Origin: Candidatus Caldarchaeum sp.
GTDB taxonomy: Archaea > Thermoproteota > Nitrososphaeria_A > Caldarchaeales > Caldarchaeaceae
Length of the DNA: 64,000 nucleotides
Direction of reading: 5' to 3'
NCBI GenBank assembly: GCA_038844785.1
Contig: JAWBRA010000002.1
Coordinates: 38,213-102,212, forward strand
Shown: one piece after another, positions 31,343 to 41,206 of the stretch
Layout of the letters: each line of letters opens with the position of its first letter
Numbering within the stretch: position 1 is the stretch's first letter
Notes under the pieces: generated by a model
Database searches by the model: none
Told to the model about the DNA's origin: nothing
What the model saw: only the letters and a program-made list of their open reading frames with translations
Translations under genes and position numbers: made by a program

Positions 31343-32094
31343 CCAGCCACCTTCTTCACGTCAGCCAGATGCATGGCAACCCGTTCGCTGCCATAGGCGG
31401 CTGCAAGATATTCGGCTTTCAACGCCTCGTTTGGAGGGCCGAAGGCTATCAGCTTGTTCTTCAAAACTACAACGTTGTCGAAAAGCTCCAGCGTAGAACT
31501 CAGGTCGTGCGTCGTCATAACTATAGTCTTTCCGCCGTCCCTCAAATTGATGAGTATTTCGAACAGTTTGTCCTCTGCGTCGGCGTCGATTCCTGTTAAC
31601 GGTTCATCCATGAGGTAAAGCTCCGCCCCCTGAGCCATGGCCCTTGCGAGGAAAACCCTCTGCTGCTGTCCTCCTGAAAGCTCGGAAATCTTCCTCGCAC
31701 TCAGCTCCGCCAGCCCTGTGTTTGTCAAAGCATCCAAGACAACCTTGTCTTTTCTGCTAACAGGTTTCAGTGGGCCGACGGCCTTTATACGGCCTAGGGC
31801 GACAACATCCCATACCGTTAACGGATAATCCCAGTAGACATCCTCCCTCTGTGGGACATAGGCTACGATTCCTCTCGCTTTCTCTATCGGCTTGTTGAAA
31901 ACCGTAACCTTTCCCTGTGACGGTTTAACCAACCCGACGAAGGCTTTGAGCAAAGTGCTTTTGCCAGAGCCGTTTGGCCCTATAACCGCAGTCATAGTTC
32001 CCCTCTTTATTGAGAAGCTGACGTCTTCCAAGGCCTTTGTTTTTCCGTAGAAAACCGTCAAACCGTCAGCTCTCAAAGCATCCATCAACACCAC
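31333..32094 (-). CDS. Mn/Zn ABC transporter ATPase
   Basis: GPNGSGKST, YVPQR, LSGGQQQRV. Confidence 0.92.
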   Translation of the reverse strand: MVLMDALRADGLTVFYGKTKALEDVSFSIKRGTMTAVIGPNGSGKSTLLKAFVGLVKPSQGKVTVFNKPIEKARGIVAYVPQREDVYWDYPLTVWDVVALGRIKAVGPLKPVSRKDKVVLDALTNTGLAELSARKISELSGGQQQRVFLARAMAQGAELYLMDEPLTGIDADAEDKLFEILINLRDGGKTIVMTTHDLSSTLELFDNVVVLKNKLIAFGPPNEALKAEYLAAAYGSERVAMHLADVKKVAGWR

Positions 32095-33026
32095 CTCAAA
32101 AGCCCTTCAACAATCGCTTCAACGTTGTAACGCATCATTCCAACATAGCTGTCGGCCCCGCTTCCCACAGGCCCCACGCTGTCGGTGTAAAGGATTGCAG
32201 CGATTTTACCGCCCGCCTCACGCGTCAACGTCTCCATGAGACGCCTGCTCAACGTCGACTCAACAAAATATACGCATACACCAGTTTCTCTAACCTTTTC
32301 AACAACGTGGGCAAGGTCGAGGGCCGTTGGCTCTATCTCAGTAACTATCGAGTAAAAGTAGCCTGCAACCTTAAATCCATAGGATTTCGCAAAATACTGA
32401 AACGCATTCTCTTGCGTGAATAAAACCCTTCTCTCAACTGGTATTTTCGAGACCTGGGACCTTATCCACTCATCGAGTTCGAGGAGGGTTTTGATGTAGG
32501 ATTCGGCGTTGGCGCGGTAGACATCGGCTTTATCCGGGTCAAGCTGTATGAAGACATCCCTAATCCTCTCAACATATCTCACAGCCATCAGCACATCCAT
32601 CCACATATGTGGGTCTTCACGTCCAGCGTATGGTCCGTCGGGGATTTTCATAACATATGGTTCAAGACCCTCAGTAACCCTGACGAGCTTTCCCGACCAC
32701 TGGCCCGAAAGCAGCTTTACGATCCATGCGTCGAGGTTGAAACCGTTGTAAAGTATTACGGCAGCTTTGTGGGCTTTAATCATGTCTTGAGGGGTTGGCT
32801 CGTATGTGTGTGGGTTTTTACCCGGCTCCACAAGCCATTCAACCCGCCAAAGCCCTCCAGCAACATTCCTAGCCATATCCCATATTATCGAGGTTGTGGC
32901 TAGAACAGTTCTTTCATGCCCGTTGGGCTCGGCTTTCTCCGAGCCTGTGTACAACGGGGTCAAAAGGTTGAAAACCAGCAGCAGCGTGGATAAAGTTATC
33001 AGGGTGGGTGAAGTTTTTTCGAGCAT
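32085..33026 (-). CDS. Mn/Zn ABC substrate-binding protein (TroA/PsaA family)
   Basis: PHTYEP, DPHMWMD, LYTDS. Confidence 0.92.
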   Translation of the reverse strand: MLEKTSPTLITLSTLLLVFNLLTPLYTGSEKAEPNGHERTVLATTSIIWDMARNVAGGLWRVEWLVEPGKNPHTYEPTPQDMIKAHKAAVILYNGFNLDAWIVKLLSGQWSGKLVRVTEGLEPYVMKIPDGPYAGREDPHMWMDVLMAVRYVERIRDVFIQLDPDKADVYRANAESYIKTLLELDEWIRSQVSKIPVERRVLFTQENAFQYFAKSYGFKVAGYFYSIVTEIEPTALDLAHVVEKVRETGVCVYFVESTLSRRLMETLTREAGGKIAAILYTDSVGPVGSGADSYVGMMRYNVEAIVEGLLRWC

Positions 33027-33040
33027 GTTATCTGCCGTTT

Positions 33041-33072
33041 TTTAGCCATGGTTAAATTTAGCCTTATCTAAA
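33041..33072. promoter_or_regulatory. Two tandem DtxR/MntR-like operator palindromes
   Basis: TTTAGCCATGGTTAAA directly followed by TTTAGCCTTATCTAAA, just upstream of the metal ABC operon. Confidence 0.55.
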
Positions 33073-33109
33073 AACTTAAGACGTTAAAAACAATTAAAAT
33101 ACCCTGCTG

Positions 33110-34321
33110 TTGGCCGTCCGCCTACTGGGGAAGAGCTTAATACGTCCGTCTGGGGCAGAATTTTTGAGGCTAAACTTGAGCACAATAACAAAGTATGTTA
33201 TTGAGGGGAGGATAGAGGTAGACGGGCCGGTGGACAAGAACGACGTTGTGGGGGCTGTTTTCGGGCAGACAGAGGGCATTTTCAGCTCGGACCTTGATTT
33301 AAGGGAGCTGCAGAAGACCGGACGGATAGGCCGTATAGAAATCACAGTCAACACCCAGGGCAACAAAGCCGTCGGGAAGATTACGGTTCCAACAAGTTTG
33401 GACAAGTACACAACCTCACTCATAGCCGCGATGATAGAATCCATCGACAGGGTTGGTCCTTATCAAGCAAGGGTTGTCATAGAGAAGATAGAGGACACCA
33501 GGCTTGAGAAGAAGAAGAAAATAGTTGAGAGAGCCAAGGAAATTCTAGCCGCTTGGGAAAAGCAAAAGGTTCCAGATGACGACCTTGTTCTACGAGAGCT
33601 TGAGGAGGCGATTGTCAGGACGAAAGTTGTTGAGTATGGTCCTGAGAAGCTTCCCGCAGGCCCTGAAGTAGACTCCTCGGACGAAATAATAATTGTCGAG
33701 GGAAGGGCTGACGTCATCAACCTTCTCCGATACGGCTATAAGAACACAGTGGCGGTGGAGGGGGTGAAAATTCCGAAAAGCATCGCTGGCCTTACCCGTA
33801 GGAAAAAACGGGTTATTGCTTTTCTAGACGGCGACAGGGGCGGAGACCTGATTCTGCAGGAGCTTCTCGCAAACTGTAAAATCGACGCAGTAGCCAGAGC
33901 GCCGTACGGTAAAGAAGTCGAGCAGCTGACAGCAAGAGAGATACATGAAGCTTTTGAGCATGCTGTGCATCCTGAGGAGGCTTTAAAAGCGAAGGAATTT
34001 GTTGCAGCTGATAGAAAGATCCTTCCAGCTGACCTGCGGAACATCGCGAAGGAAATCGATGGAACGCTTTCAGCCGTGCTGCTTGATGCGGAGCTCAACG
34101 AGATAGCGCGTCTTCCTGTGAGCGAGTTAGCAAACAGGCTGAGTATTGAGAAATCTGCAAAGTATGTTGTGTTTGACGGGGTTGTGACACAGCGTTTGGT
34201 TGACAGCGCGGCCTCAGTAGGCGGCGACGTATACCTGATAGGGGTCAGAGTTGGTGAAATTCAGAACAAGCCCCCCGGCATCCACATTTACACGACCCAC
34301 GACTTAGCCACCCTCGCGTAA
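33110..34321 (+). CDS. dnaG: Archaeal DnaG (TOPRIM; exosome-associated); start probably ~33164-33176
   Basis: DVVGAVFGQTEG, VEGRADV, DGDRGG. Confidence 0.95.
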   Translation: MAVRLLGKSLIRPSGAEFLRLNLSTITKYVIEGRIEVDGPVDKNDVVGAVFGQTEGIFSSDLDLRELQKTGRIGRIEITVNTQGNKAVGKITVPTSLDKYTTSLIAAMIESIDRVGPYQARVVIEKIEDTRLEKKKKIVERAKEILAAWEKQKVPDDDLVLRELEEAIVRTKVVEYGPEKLPAGPEVDSSDEIIIVEGRADVINLLRYGYKNTVAVEGVKIPKSIAGLTRRKKRVIAFLDGDRGGDLILQELLANCKIDAVARAPYGKEVEQLTAREIHEAFEHAVHPEEALKAKEFVAADRKILPADLRNIAKEIDGTLSAVLLDAELNEIARLPVSELANRLSIEKSAKYVVFDGVVTQRLVDSAASVGGDVYLIGVRVGEIQNKPPGIHIYTTHDLATLA

Positions 34322-35383
34322 AAGGGAAGGCTCTACAGCAAACCTGAGTATGCATGCTAAACCTCCCAGGCTCATTAGCTTTTCACAGGCTTCGGTTCCC
34401 GAGGAGATTACCCTGACAACGACCTTATAGGAATCGGCTTTGTCAAGTAGCTGTTCAAAGTTTTCGTCCACCAAGTTATACCATAGGAAATCTTCGGCCA
34501 CCAACATCTTTTCAACCGCCTTCATGCTTAAGGCTGCCAAGGTTTCCCTCATTCCCAACGCGGTGCGTGAAGGGTCTTTGACCAGCAGCTCTATAAATTC
34601 CTCCACTTCTTCCACGTCGGCGATGGCTTTGACAGCTTCCCTCAACTCGTGCAAACTTTTGTTTCTCAGAAGCTCGGATACTCCGGCAGGGTCCGTGGTA
34701 GAGACGTATCCAGTCTTTTTTATTCTTCCCGCCAGCTCCTTCCGCTCTCTTTTGACATAGTTTGTGAATTCTTCAACCATTATGGATGGGCCGAAGATGA
34801 AAAGGCTTTCGGCATCCGCTGTTTTTTCAACGGCTTCAGCGTAGATTTTCGTTTTCTCTTTAACTCTGTCCTCTGGCATCTCCTTGCCGGCTGAGACAGT
34901 CTTCCTGTAGATGGGTTTCAAGCCTGTTTGAGAGGCTACGTAAACGGCTATGCCCTCGTCGTCAACCATGACTATGGTTGCTGTTCTTTTGATGGGGGCT
35001 CCTCTGTAGTAGGATGCCATCGATTCAAGCCTTGGATAGTTTTTACGGCTTTCTACAGTTATCTCGTCTCCCACGCCTAGATGGATGCTGTGATGCTTTC
35101 CCACCAGCCCAAACTCCCTGCTCTCATATCTTATCACTCCATGGAGGTTCAGGCGTCTCGTCAAAGGGTCAAGCTCTTTCCGAACAAGCTCGACACCAAT
35201 CTCAAGCCGCGCCCTCTCGCTGTCAAAGCTTCCGTTCCCCCTCTCTTTCTTAACCTCGCGGCTAGTAACAGCATAAACCATGTCCCCAGCCTGTAGAACC
35301 CTGTAAAGGTTGAGCAAATCCAAAGTCGTCTCAGGCACCACCGTGACAACCCTTTTCAACGGACTGATTTTAACAACCCTCAA
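34304..35383 (-). CDS. pelA: Pelota/Dom34 ribosome rescue factor
   Basis: VPETTLDLLNLY, GD.V.A.T.R, LGGLACILRF; start reset to TTG 35383 because the longer ORF runs into the tRNA. Confidence 0.88.
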   Translation of the reverse strand: MRVVKISPLKRVVTVVPETTLDLLNLYRVLQAGDMVYAVTSREVKKERGNGSFDSERARLEIGVELVRKELDPLTRRLNLHGVIRYESREFGLVGKHHSIHLGVGDEITVESRKNYPRLESMASYYRGAPIKRTATIVMVDDEGIAVYVASQTGLKPIYRKTVSAGKEMPEDRVKEKTKIYAEAVEKTADAESLFIFGPSIMVEEFTNYVKRERKELAGRIKKTGYVSTTDPAGVSELLRNKSLHELREAVKAIADVEEVEEFIELLVKDPSRTALGMRETLAALSMKAVEKMLVAEDFLWYNLVDENFEQLLDKADSYKVVVRVISSGTEACEKLMSLGGLACILRFAVEPSLLREGG

Positions 35384-35401
35384 ACCGATCACTTCAAAGC
35401 C

Positions 35402-35506
35402 TGCCGGGGGTGGGATTCGAACCCACGGCAACGGGATTATGAGCCCCGCGTTGCAGAAATATTACTGATGGTAATATTTTCTCTGACCAAGCTGAGCTAC
35501 CCCGGC
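35402..35506 (-). tRNA. tRNA-Met(CAT), elongator type, with a 30-nt intron at position 24/25 (35451-35480)
   Basis: GCCGGGG TA GCTC AGCTTGGTCA GAG[intron]C G CGGGG CT CAT AA TCCCG TTGCC GTGGG TTCGAAT CCCAC CCCCGGC A; intron hairpin AAATATTAC/GTAATATTT. Confidence 0.92.
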
Positions 35507-35574
35507 TAAATAAGCCAACTGCTTTCCCCTATATAAGAATATGTCTGAAAGGAAAAAATGGAGGGGAGTGTTTG

Positions 35575-35714
35575 GCTGGAGGCCCGTCATCTGACAACGT
35601 CTGAGAAGCCGGACGAAGACCGTGCATTGGCTTTTAAATCGCCGTAAAGGCGTTCAGTGCTCTATTGCCCGGTTTTCATCCGGTTTTTCCCCGCTGTCAG
35701 GCCGGGACTCCAGC
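35575..35714 (-). ncRNA. Putative dual-guide RNA: ~140-nt hairpin with two 9-nt windows at the apex
   Basis: Arms GCTGGAG/CTCCAGC, CTGACAGCG/CGTTGTCAG, CCGGATGAAAACCG/CGGTCTTCGTCCGG; apex GGCAAT-AGAGCACTG-AACGC-CTTTAC-GGCGAT-TTAAAAGCC-AATGC; directly downstream of the IS110-like gene. Confidence 0.6.
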
Positions 35715-35737
35715 TCTGGCGTAGTTCTTGATTTTCT

Positions 35738-36482
35738 TCAGTAGTTGTCGGCTTCTCTGGCTTTAACTCTGTGTTTTCTGTAGTGGCTGATTGCTAGGGA
35801 TTGGATAGCCTGTTTCATTCGATGGTTGTATTTGCCGTTGTTTGGTTTGTATAGTCCTACGTAGCATAGAATGTTCCTCAGCTTAGCCGTAAAGTCTACG
35901 TGTAGAAGAAGGTCTGCGAGAGCAACCTTACCATAGAGAGTCATCTGATAAACCGAGAGTTTCGCATAAAGGCCTGTATATGCTTATTGTGTTCGTCGCC
36001 ATACTTATTATCTGACGTGCCACCCTCTGCTTGTTTTTGCGGAAAAGATTCACCGCCTCTGCGGATGCTTTAAACTGCTTCACCAACTTCAGAAGGTTAA
36101 GCTGTTTATGGTATTCGTCGATGAGCTTCATAAGCTCAACGTATTCCGCGGTAACTTCCTTGAAACAATCTCGACCCATCATCGATAATACTTTGGCATC
36201 GTTTTCATCGTTCTTGGACAGCGACAGCCTGTTTCTGTAAGCGGCTATTAGGTCCGTCCTCCTCAACCTGAAAACCCTGACACCACGGCTGAGGAGCGCT
36301 GAAACGTCGTCGTACATGGCTGGATGCACGACGTCGAGGTAAACCTCATCGCCTTCGGCTGCGGGAACATCCACAAGACGAGACATCCTAACACACCGAT
36401 GCCCGTCGAAGACAGCATGCGGCCTCGCTCCACGTCCACCGTCTGCAGACGTGTGAACATCGACGTATAACCTTCTTCCCAC
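35738..36482 (-). pseudogene. Compact IS110-related RuvC/Nop-type protein, frameshifted near 35935
   Basis: YVDVH, YLDV, KNDENDA (DEDD-like acidic tetrad), coiled coil, then in a shifted frame ALADLLLHVDF...LCYVGLY...KYNHRMKQAI. Confidence 0.7.
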
Positions 36483-36589
36483 TTTCCCGAGAGGTTCATA
36501 AGCCTGTTTTTGGATAGACTCTGTCGTTTCTTCACGCTTTCAGCCATGGTGGTGTCGTTGTCCACAGGCTACCCAACACACAGCTGCAG

Positions 36590-36947
36590 CCTTTAAACAT
36601 ACCCGATAAAGGAGAGTATAGAGGTGTTGTTGGGGGAGATATGAACATTATGGAGGTTGAGGATACAAAACCGCTGTTTTATTTAGAGGCTAAAGACGGG
36701 AGAGGGGTTAGAATAGTTTTATGGGTTGGAAAAGGAATACCATGTTTCAGCTATAAGGAACATGAGGAATCTCCCTTTATTCCTTCAGGCCGTCAGCCAA
36801 ATTATGGCAGGGGGAATGGTATTGTAGTAGATGTTGTCAAACCTTCTCCAACAGGGATAAATGCCCAAACTGCAACAGAATATTAAGGAAAAAACCAAGA
36901 AAAAAAGATACAAACCAACCATCCAATATTATGGTTAGGCGGTCGCT
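36590..36947. repeat. Dispersed ~350-bp L segment, copy B (contains ORF 36641-36886)
   Basis: Highly similar to 44526-44917 and to the reverse complement of 53222-53533. Confidence 0.9.
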
Positions 36948-36957
36948 TCACCCGACT

Positions 36958-37224
36958 TTATCTCTTGTCTCCAGAGCCATCCTCCCGCTGATTAACCGTT
37001 GACCGCCTGTTAAAAAGCATGACGCCGCCACGGCTTTTCCGCGCTTTAAGCAGAAGGCTGGCGTAGCGTGTCTCCGGCGTGAAGTGGATGGGGTGTGGTG
37101 AAACCGTCTTCCCGCCACAGCGTGGGCAAACCTCTTTAAGGGTGTATGTTTTGCATGAGGGGCATTTTCTTATACGGCCTGCCTTCAACAAAACCACAGA
37201 CGCCAAACCAGGTTTTAAACACAA
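36958..37224 (-). CDS. nop10: H/ACA RNP protein Nop10 (start probably ~37190)
   Basis: IRKCPSCKTYTLKEVCPRCGGKT..PHP..F.PE.RY. Confidence 0.88.
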   Translation of the reverse strand: MCLKPGLASVVLLKAGRIRKCPSCKTYTLKEVCPRCGGKTVSPHPIHFTPETRYASLLLKARKSRGGVMLFNRRSTVNQREDGSGDKR

Positions 37225-37278
37225 GCTTTTGGGACAAGGTTTAAAAAACTGCCTGCTCAGCGTCGGTATGAGACTGTC

Positions 37279-38004
37279 TTGCTCAAGCCGGTTGTGCTAT
37301 GCGGCGGCGAGGGAAGCCGTTTACGTCCTTTAACATACTATTTCCAAAAGGCCATGATACCTGTGGGCCGTGAGCAAAAGCCGTTGCTCGAATACATCCT
37401 ACGCCACATCGGGTTTTACGGGTTTGGGGAAGCGGTTTTGCTGGTGGGTTATAAGGGGGAGCAGGTTGTGAACTATTTCGGCGACGGCGAAAGGGTTGGC
37501 CTAAAGCTCAGCTACGTATGGGATGCTGAAAACGTTAAAGGAACTTGCGCGTCTCTCCTCAACGCCCTCTCCCAAAACGCCTTCAGCAAACATGACACGC
37601 TCCTCATCTACTACGGCGACATACTCACCAACCTCAACCTCAGAGAGCTTGTCGCCAAACACTTCCAGGACAGGGCTGCTGCAACGCTGGCCCTCTCACC
37701 CCGCTACCAGCTGCCCGTAGGAGTGGCGGAGGTTGTGGACGGATGTGTCAAGGACCTGCGGGAAAAACCCTTCATACCGATAAACGTCTCCATCGGCATA
37801 CTCGTCCTCGAAGCCGCCCAGCTAACACATGCGGAGGGATTGGTGGACATTATGTCAGACCTCATACCGCTGATCATTAGACGAGGGGAGAAAGTATCCG
37901 CATACGTTTCCGACTGCTTCTGGTATGACGTGGGATCGACCGAGAGATATGAAAAACTCTCCAACGAAGACGTAGACAGGTATCTGAACACTATTGCAAG
38001 ATAG
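37279..38004 (+). CDS. Sugar-phosphate nucleotidyltransferase family protein
   Basis: LCGGEGSRLRPLT, YGD, WYDVG. Confidence 0.9.
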   Translation: MLKPVVLCGGEGSRLRPLTYYFQKAMIPVGREQKPLLEYILRHIGFYGFGEAVLLVGYKGEQVVNYFGDGERVGLKLSYVWDAENVKGTCASLLNALSQNAFSKHDTLLIYYGDILTNLNLRELVAKHFQDRAAATLALSPRYQLPVGVAEVVDGCVKDLREKPFIPINVSIGILVLEAAQLTHAEGLVDIMSDLIPLIIRRGEKVSAYVSDCFWYDVGSTERYEKLSNEDVDRYLNTIAR

Positions 38005-38076
38005 CGATTTGTATCTTCTCGTCTTAAAAGGCAGCTGGATGGAGAATCTCAAATAACGGCAGCACTTTCTGTAGTC

Positions 38077-38460
38077 ATGGACCCTAGGGTAAAGGAGCTG
38101 ATGCATGGGAAGAACTTTGGCTTTCTTGCAACGGTCAACGCTGACGGCTCGCCTCAGGTAACACCCGTCTGGGTTGACGAGGAAGACGGATATATTCTGG
38201 TGAACACCGTCGAAGGCCGTGTGAAAGACAGAAACACGCGCAGAGACCCGCGTGTATCGATAGCAGTGCCCGACTGGCAAAACCCCTACAGATACGCTTA
38301 CGTGACGGGACGTGTGGTCGAATGGGTCGTCGGTGAAAAAGCTGAGGAACACATAGACAAAATGGCCGTCAAATACACGGGCGAGAAGTTTAAGTGGAGA
38401 AACCCCGGCAGCAGAAGAGTAATCCTAAAAATCAAACCAGCTAAAGCAATACTCCGTTGA
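38077..38460 (+). CDS. PPOX-class flavin/F420-dependent oxidoreductase
   Basis: LATVNADGSPQVTPVW, RNTRRDPRVS. Confidence 0.88.
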   Translation: MDPRVKELMHGKNFGFLATVNADGSPQVTPVWVDEEDGYILVNTVEGRVKDRNTRRDPRVSIAVPDWQNPYRYAYVTGRVVEWVVGEKAEEHIDKMAVKYTGEKFKWRNPGSRRVILKIKPAKAILR

Positions 38461-38534
38461 CGGCGTTTATATGAAAGCTTGCACCGAGGGTTGGTGAAAG
38501 CTGTCCAGCTAACACCGCCGGCATGCAGAAGCTA

Positions 38535-38876
38535 TCACTTTAGAGCCTCAGGACCTTTCTCGCCTGTTCTGATTCTGACGGCTTCCTCCACAGGCATTAC
38601 GAATATCTTTCCGTCGCCAACGCTACCGGTGTATGCTGACTTTCTCAGCTCCTCTACAACATTCTCCACGTCAGCGTCGTTGACAACAACCTCTACCATC
38701 AGCTTGGGTATCAGGTCTATCTTGAACTCGTTTCCCCTAATGCTCCAGGAGATTCCCTGCTGTCTTCCCCTGCCTCTCACTTCATACACTGTCAAACCTG
38801 CGTAACCTAAGCGCTGCAGACAATCCTTCACTTCGTCAATCATTTCAGACCTTATCACAGCCTTAACCAGCTTCAT
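38535..38876 (-). CDS. glnK: PII nitrogen regulatory protein
   Basis: GRGRQ, TGSVGDGKIFV, IRTGE; follows amt. Confidence 0.93.
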   Translation of the reverse strand: MKLVKAVIRSEMIDEVKDCLQRLGYAGLTVYEVRGRGRQQGISWSIRGNEFKIDLIPKLMVEVVVNDADVENVVEELRKSAYTGSVGDGKIFVMPVEEAVRIRTGEKGPEALK

Positions 38877-38887
38877 CTTCCACCACC

Positions 38888-40105
38888 CTAAAAGTATGCA
38901 GGCTCGGCGTGCTGCGTCAAGTCAAGCCCCACCAGCTCCTCCTCCCTCTTCACCCGCAAGCCTACAGTTTTGTCGATGATTTTGAGGATGGCCAGCGTGA
39001 GGACGAAGCTGTAAACCCATGCTGAAGACGTTGCCAGCAGCTGGACCAGCAGCTGTTGCGGGTTTCCGTAGAGAAGGCCAGCGCCAGCAGGGTTCACCGC
39101 AGGGTTTGCGAAGATTCCCGTCGCTATCGCCCCCCACGTGCCGCCCACCCCATGCACACCCCAGACGTCAAGAGAGTCGTCTATTTTCGTCCTAGACCTG
39201 AATCCAACCGCATAAAAGCAGAGGACTCCTGCGACAAGGCCTATGACCACTGCGGCAATCGGGTCCACGAAGCCTGAGGCCGGTGTTATGGCAACCAATC
39301 CAGCTACGGCTCCGCTTGCAACGCCTATGATGCTGGCCTTGCCTTTGTAGAGCCAAGACATCATAAGCCATGATGTTGCTGCGGCGGCTGCCGCCGTGTT
39401 TGTTGCGACAAAAGCACTTACGGCCAAGCCGCCTGAGGTTAGGGCGCTTCCGGCGTTGAACCCGAACCAGCCGAACCATAGAAGGGAAGCACCTAGCACG
39501 ACGTATGTTATGTTGCTGGGTTCGAAGGCTCCTGAGCCGTAGCCTATTCTTTTCTTCAGCGCCAACGCTGCGGCGAGGGCTGCAACCCCTGCGTTGATGT
39601 GGACGACTGTTCCGCCTGCGAAGTCTAGCGTTCCTAGGTTTCTCAGCCAGCCGCCAGCCCCCCAGACCCAGTGGGCTAGAGGGTCGTAAACAACGGTCGC
39701 CCAAACCAGGAGGAACAGCAGCGAGGAGCTGAACTTTATCCTCTCCACAACCGCTCCGACTATCAGCGCCGGCGTGATTATCGCGAACATCTGTTGGAAG
39801 AGCATGAAGGCTAGATGGGGTATTGTTGGGGTGTAGTCGGGGTTGGGGTCGAGTCCGACTCCGCGGAGGCCGAGCCAGTCCAGCCCGCCTACCACGCCGT
39901 TGACCGTGGGCCCGAAGGCAAGCGTGTAACCCCACAAAACCCACTGGAGGCTTATGATAGCTGCTGCAGCAAAGCACATCATTATCGTGTTGGCGAGGTT
40001 TTTCTTCCTGACAAGCCCTCCGTAGAAGAAGCCGAGAGCTGGCGTCATCAGAAACACGAGCGCCGAAGAAATCAGAATCCAAGACGTGTCTCCTGCGTCA
40101 ACCAT
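38888..40105 (-). CDS. amt: Ammonium transporter
   Basis: [31 protein letters not shown]. Confidence 0.97.
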   Translation of the reverse strand: MVDAGDTSWILISSALVFLMTPALGFFYGGLVRKKNLANTIMMCFAAAAIISLQWVLWGYTLAFGPTVNGVVGGLDWLGLRGVGLDPNPDYTPTIPHLAFMLFQQMFAIITPALIVGAVVERIKFSSSLLFLLVWATVVYDPLAHWVWGAGGWLRNLGTLDFAGGTVVHINAGVAALAAALALKKRIGYGSGAFEPSNITYVVLGASLLWFGWFGFNAGSALTSGGLAVSAFVATNTAAAAAATSWLMMSWLYKGKASIIGVASGAVAGLVAITPASGFVDPIAAVVIGLVAGVLCFYAVGFRSRTKIDDSLDVWGVHGVGGTWGAIATGIFANPAVNPAGAGLLYGNPQQLLVQLLATSSAWVYSFVLTLAILKIIDKTVGLRVKREEELVGLDLTQHAEPAYF

Positions 40106-40283
40106 TCAGAACGCCTCCTAGCCGTATGGTTGTTTGGGCTTGTCTGCCGTAGAGCACGCCATGTAGATGCACAAATTGACGGGAGCTATACCATGTTTTC
40201 GACTTTCCGCCCATTTTAATGGCTTATTTTGGTTAATTGCCACTATTTATACCTTTTCTGTACAACCCGCGAAGCCGGCTGCT

Positions 40284-41129
40284 TTAACGCCATGCATTAG
40301 AGATGCGCAGATAGTCTTCCTCGGCGAGCCTCCATCCCGCTCCCCCAGCGTTTTCTTCAAGATGCTCTTTCCTAACAGCTTTCGGTATTGTTATGACGTT
40401 GGGTTTCCAGATGACCCAGTTGAGCGCGACCTGAGCAGGTGTTTTGCCGTATTTTGCAGCGACATCAGCTAACACTCTTCCCCTCGCAGACCTCGAGGAC
40501 GCTTCAGCAGGTATCCTGCCCTTGCCCAAAGGCGTGTAAGCCACCACAGTTATGCCGTTTCTCTCACAGAAAGGTATCAGCCTCTTTTCCACATCCCTGC
40601 TCTCGAGACTGTATTCAACCTGGTTGGAGACTATTTCCTCGCTCTTCAAAGCCTCCATCGCCTCCTCAACCAAGCCTATGTCGAAGTTGCTAACACCTAT
40701 GTAGCGGACCAAACCGTCTTTGACAAGCTTCTCCATCGCTCGCATCGTCTCCGACAAAGGGATGCGTGGGTTGGGCCAGTGTATTATGTAGAGGTCCACG
40801 TACCTGAGGCCCAGCCTCTCAAGGCTCCGCCTGCATGATTTAATGACGTCGTCGTAGCGAAGGTTTGAGGGCCAGACCTTCGTGGCGATAAAGACTTCGT
40901 CGCGGCTGAAGTTTTTCACAGCACGTCCAACAAGCTCTTCAGCATGGCCCGCTGCATACATCTCGGCTGTATCGATGTGGTTCATGCCAAGCTCGACAGC
41001 GTATCTAATAGCCTCTACGTATCTGTCGTCGTCTCGGTAGTCTGGGTAATCGCTCCCACCCATATTCCATGTACCCAGCCCTATGGCTGCGACAGCCTCG
41101 CCAGTCTTTCCCAGCGGTTTTTTCTCCAA
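40284..41129 (-). CDS. Aldo/keto reductase
   Basis: IDTAEMY, IGVSNF, IPKA. Confidence 0.93.
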   Translation of the reverse strand: MEKKPLGKTGEAVAAIGLGTWNMGGSDYPDYRDDDRYVEAIRYAVELGMNHIDTAEMYAAGHAEELVGRAVKNFSRDEVFIATKVWPSNLRYDDVIKSCRRSLERLGLRYVDLYIIHWPNPRIPLSETMRAMEKLVKDGLVRYIGVSNFDIGLVEEAMEALKSEEIVSNQVEYSLESRDVEKRLIPFCERNGITVVAYTPLGKGRIPAEASSRSARGRVLADVAAKYGKTPAQVALNWVIWKPNVITIPKAVRKEHLEENAGGAGWRLAEEDYLRISNAWR

Positions 41130-41206
41130 TCCATTACAACGACAGTTTCCCGATGCTTAAAACATTATGCTTGTTTATTAGCAGGGCTGCGCCGTTGTTC
41201 GCCGGC

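Noticed and set aside
35384-35431. N-terminal extension of pelota (MPWVRIPPPAG)
   Set aside because: It is the translated T-arm and acceptor stem of tRNA-Met; the real start is likely TTG 35383.
35575-35714. Hairpin as a simple terminator or a coding tail
   Set aside because: Too long and structured for a terminator; translations of the two copies differ mostly non-synonymously while arm complementarity is preserved.
35575-35714. Multi-unit TIGR array
   Set aside because: Only one dual-window unit per locus is visible; no tandem units.
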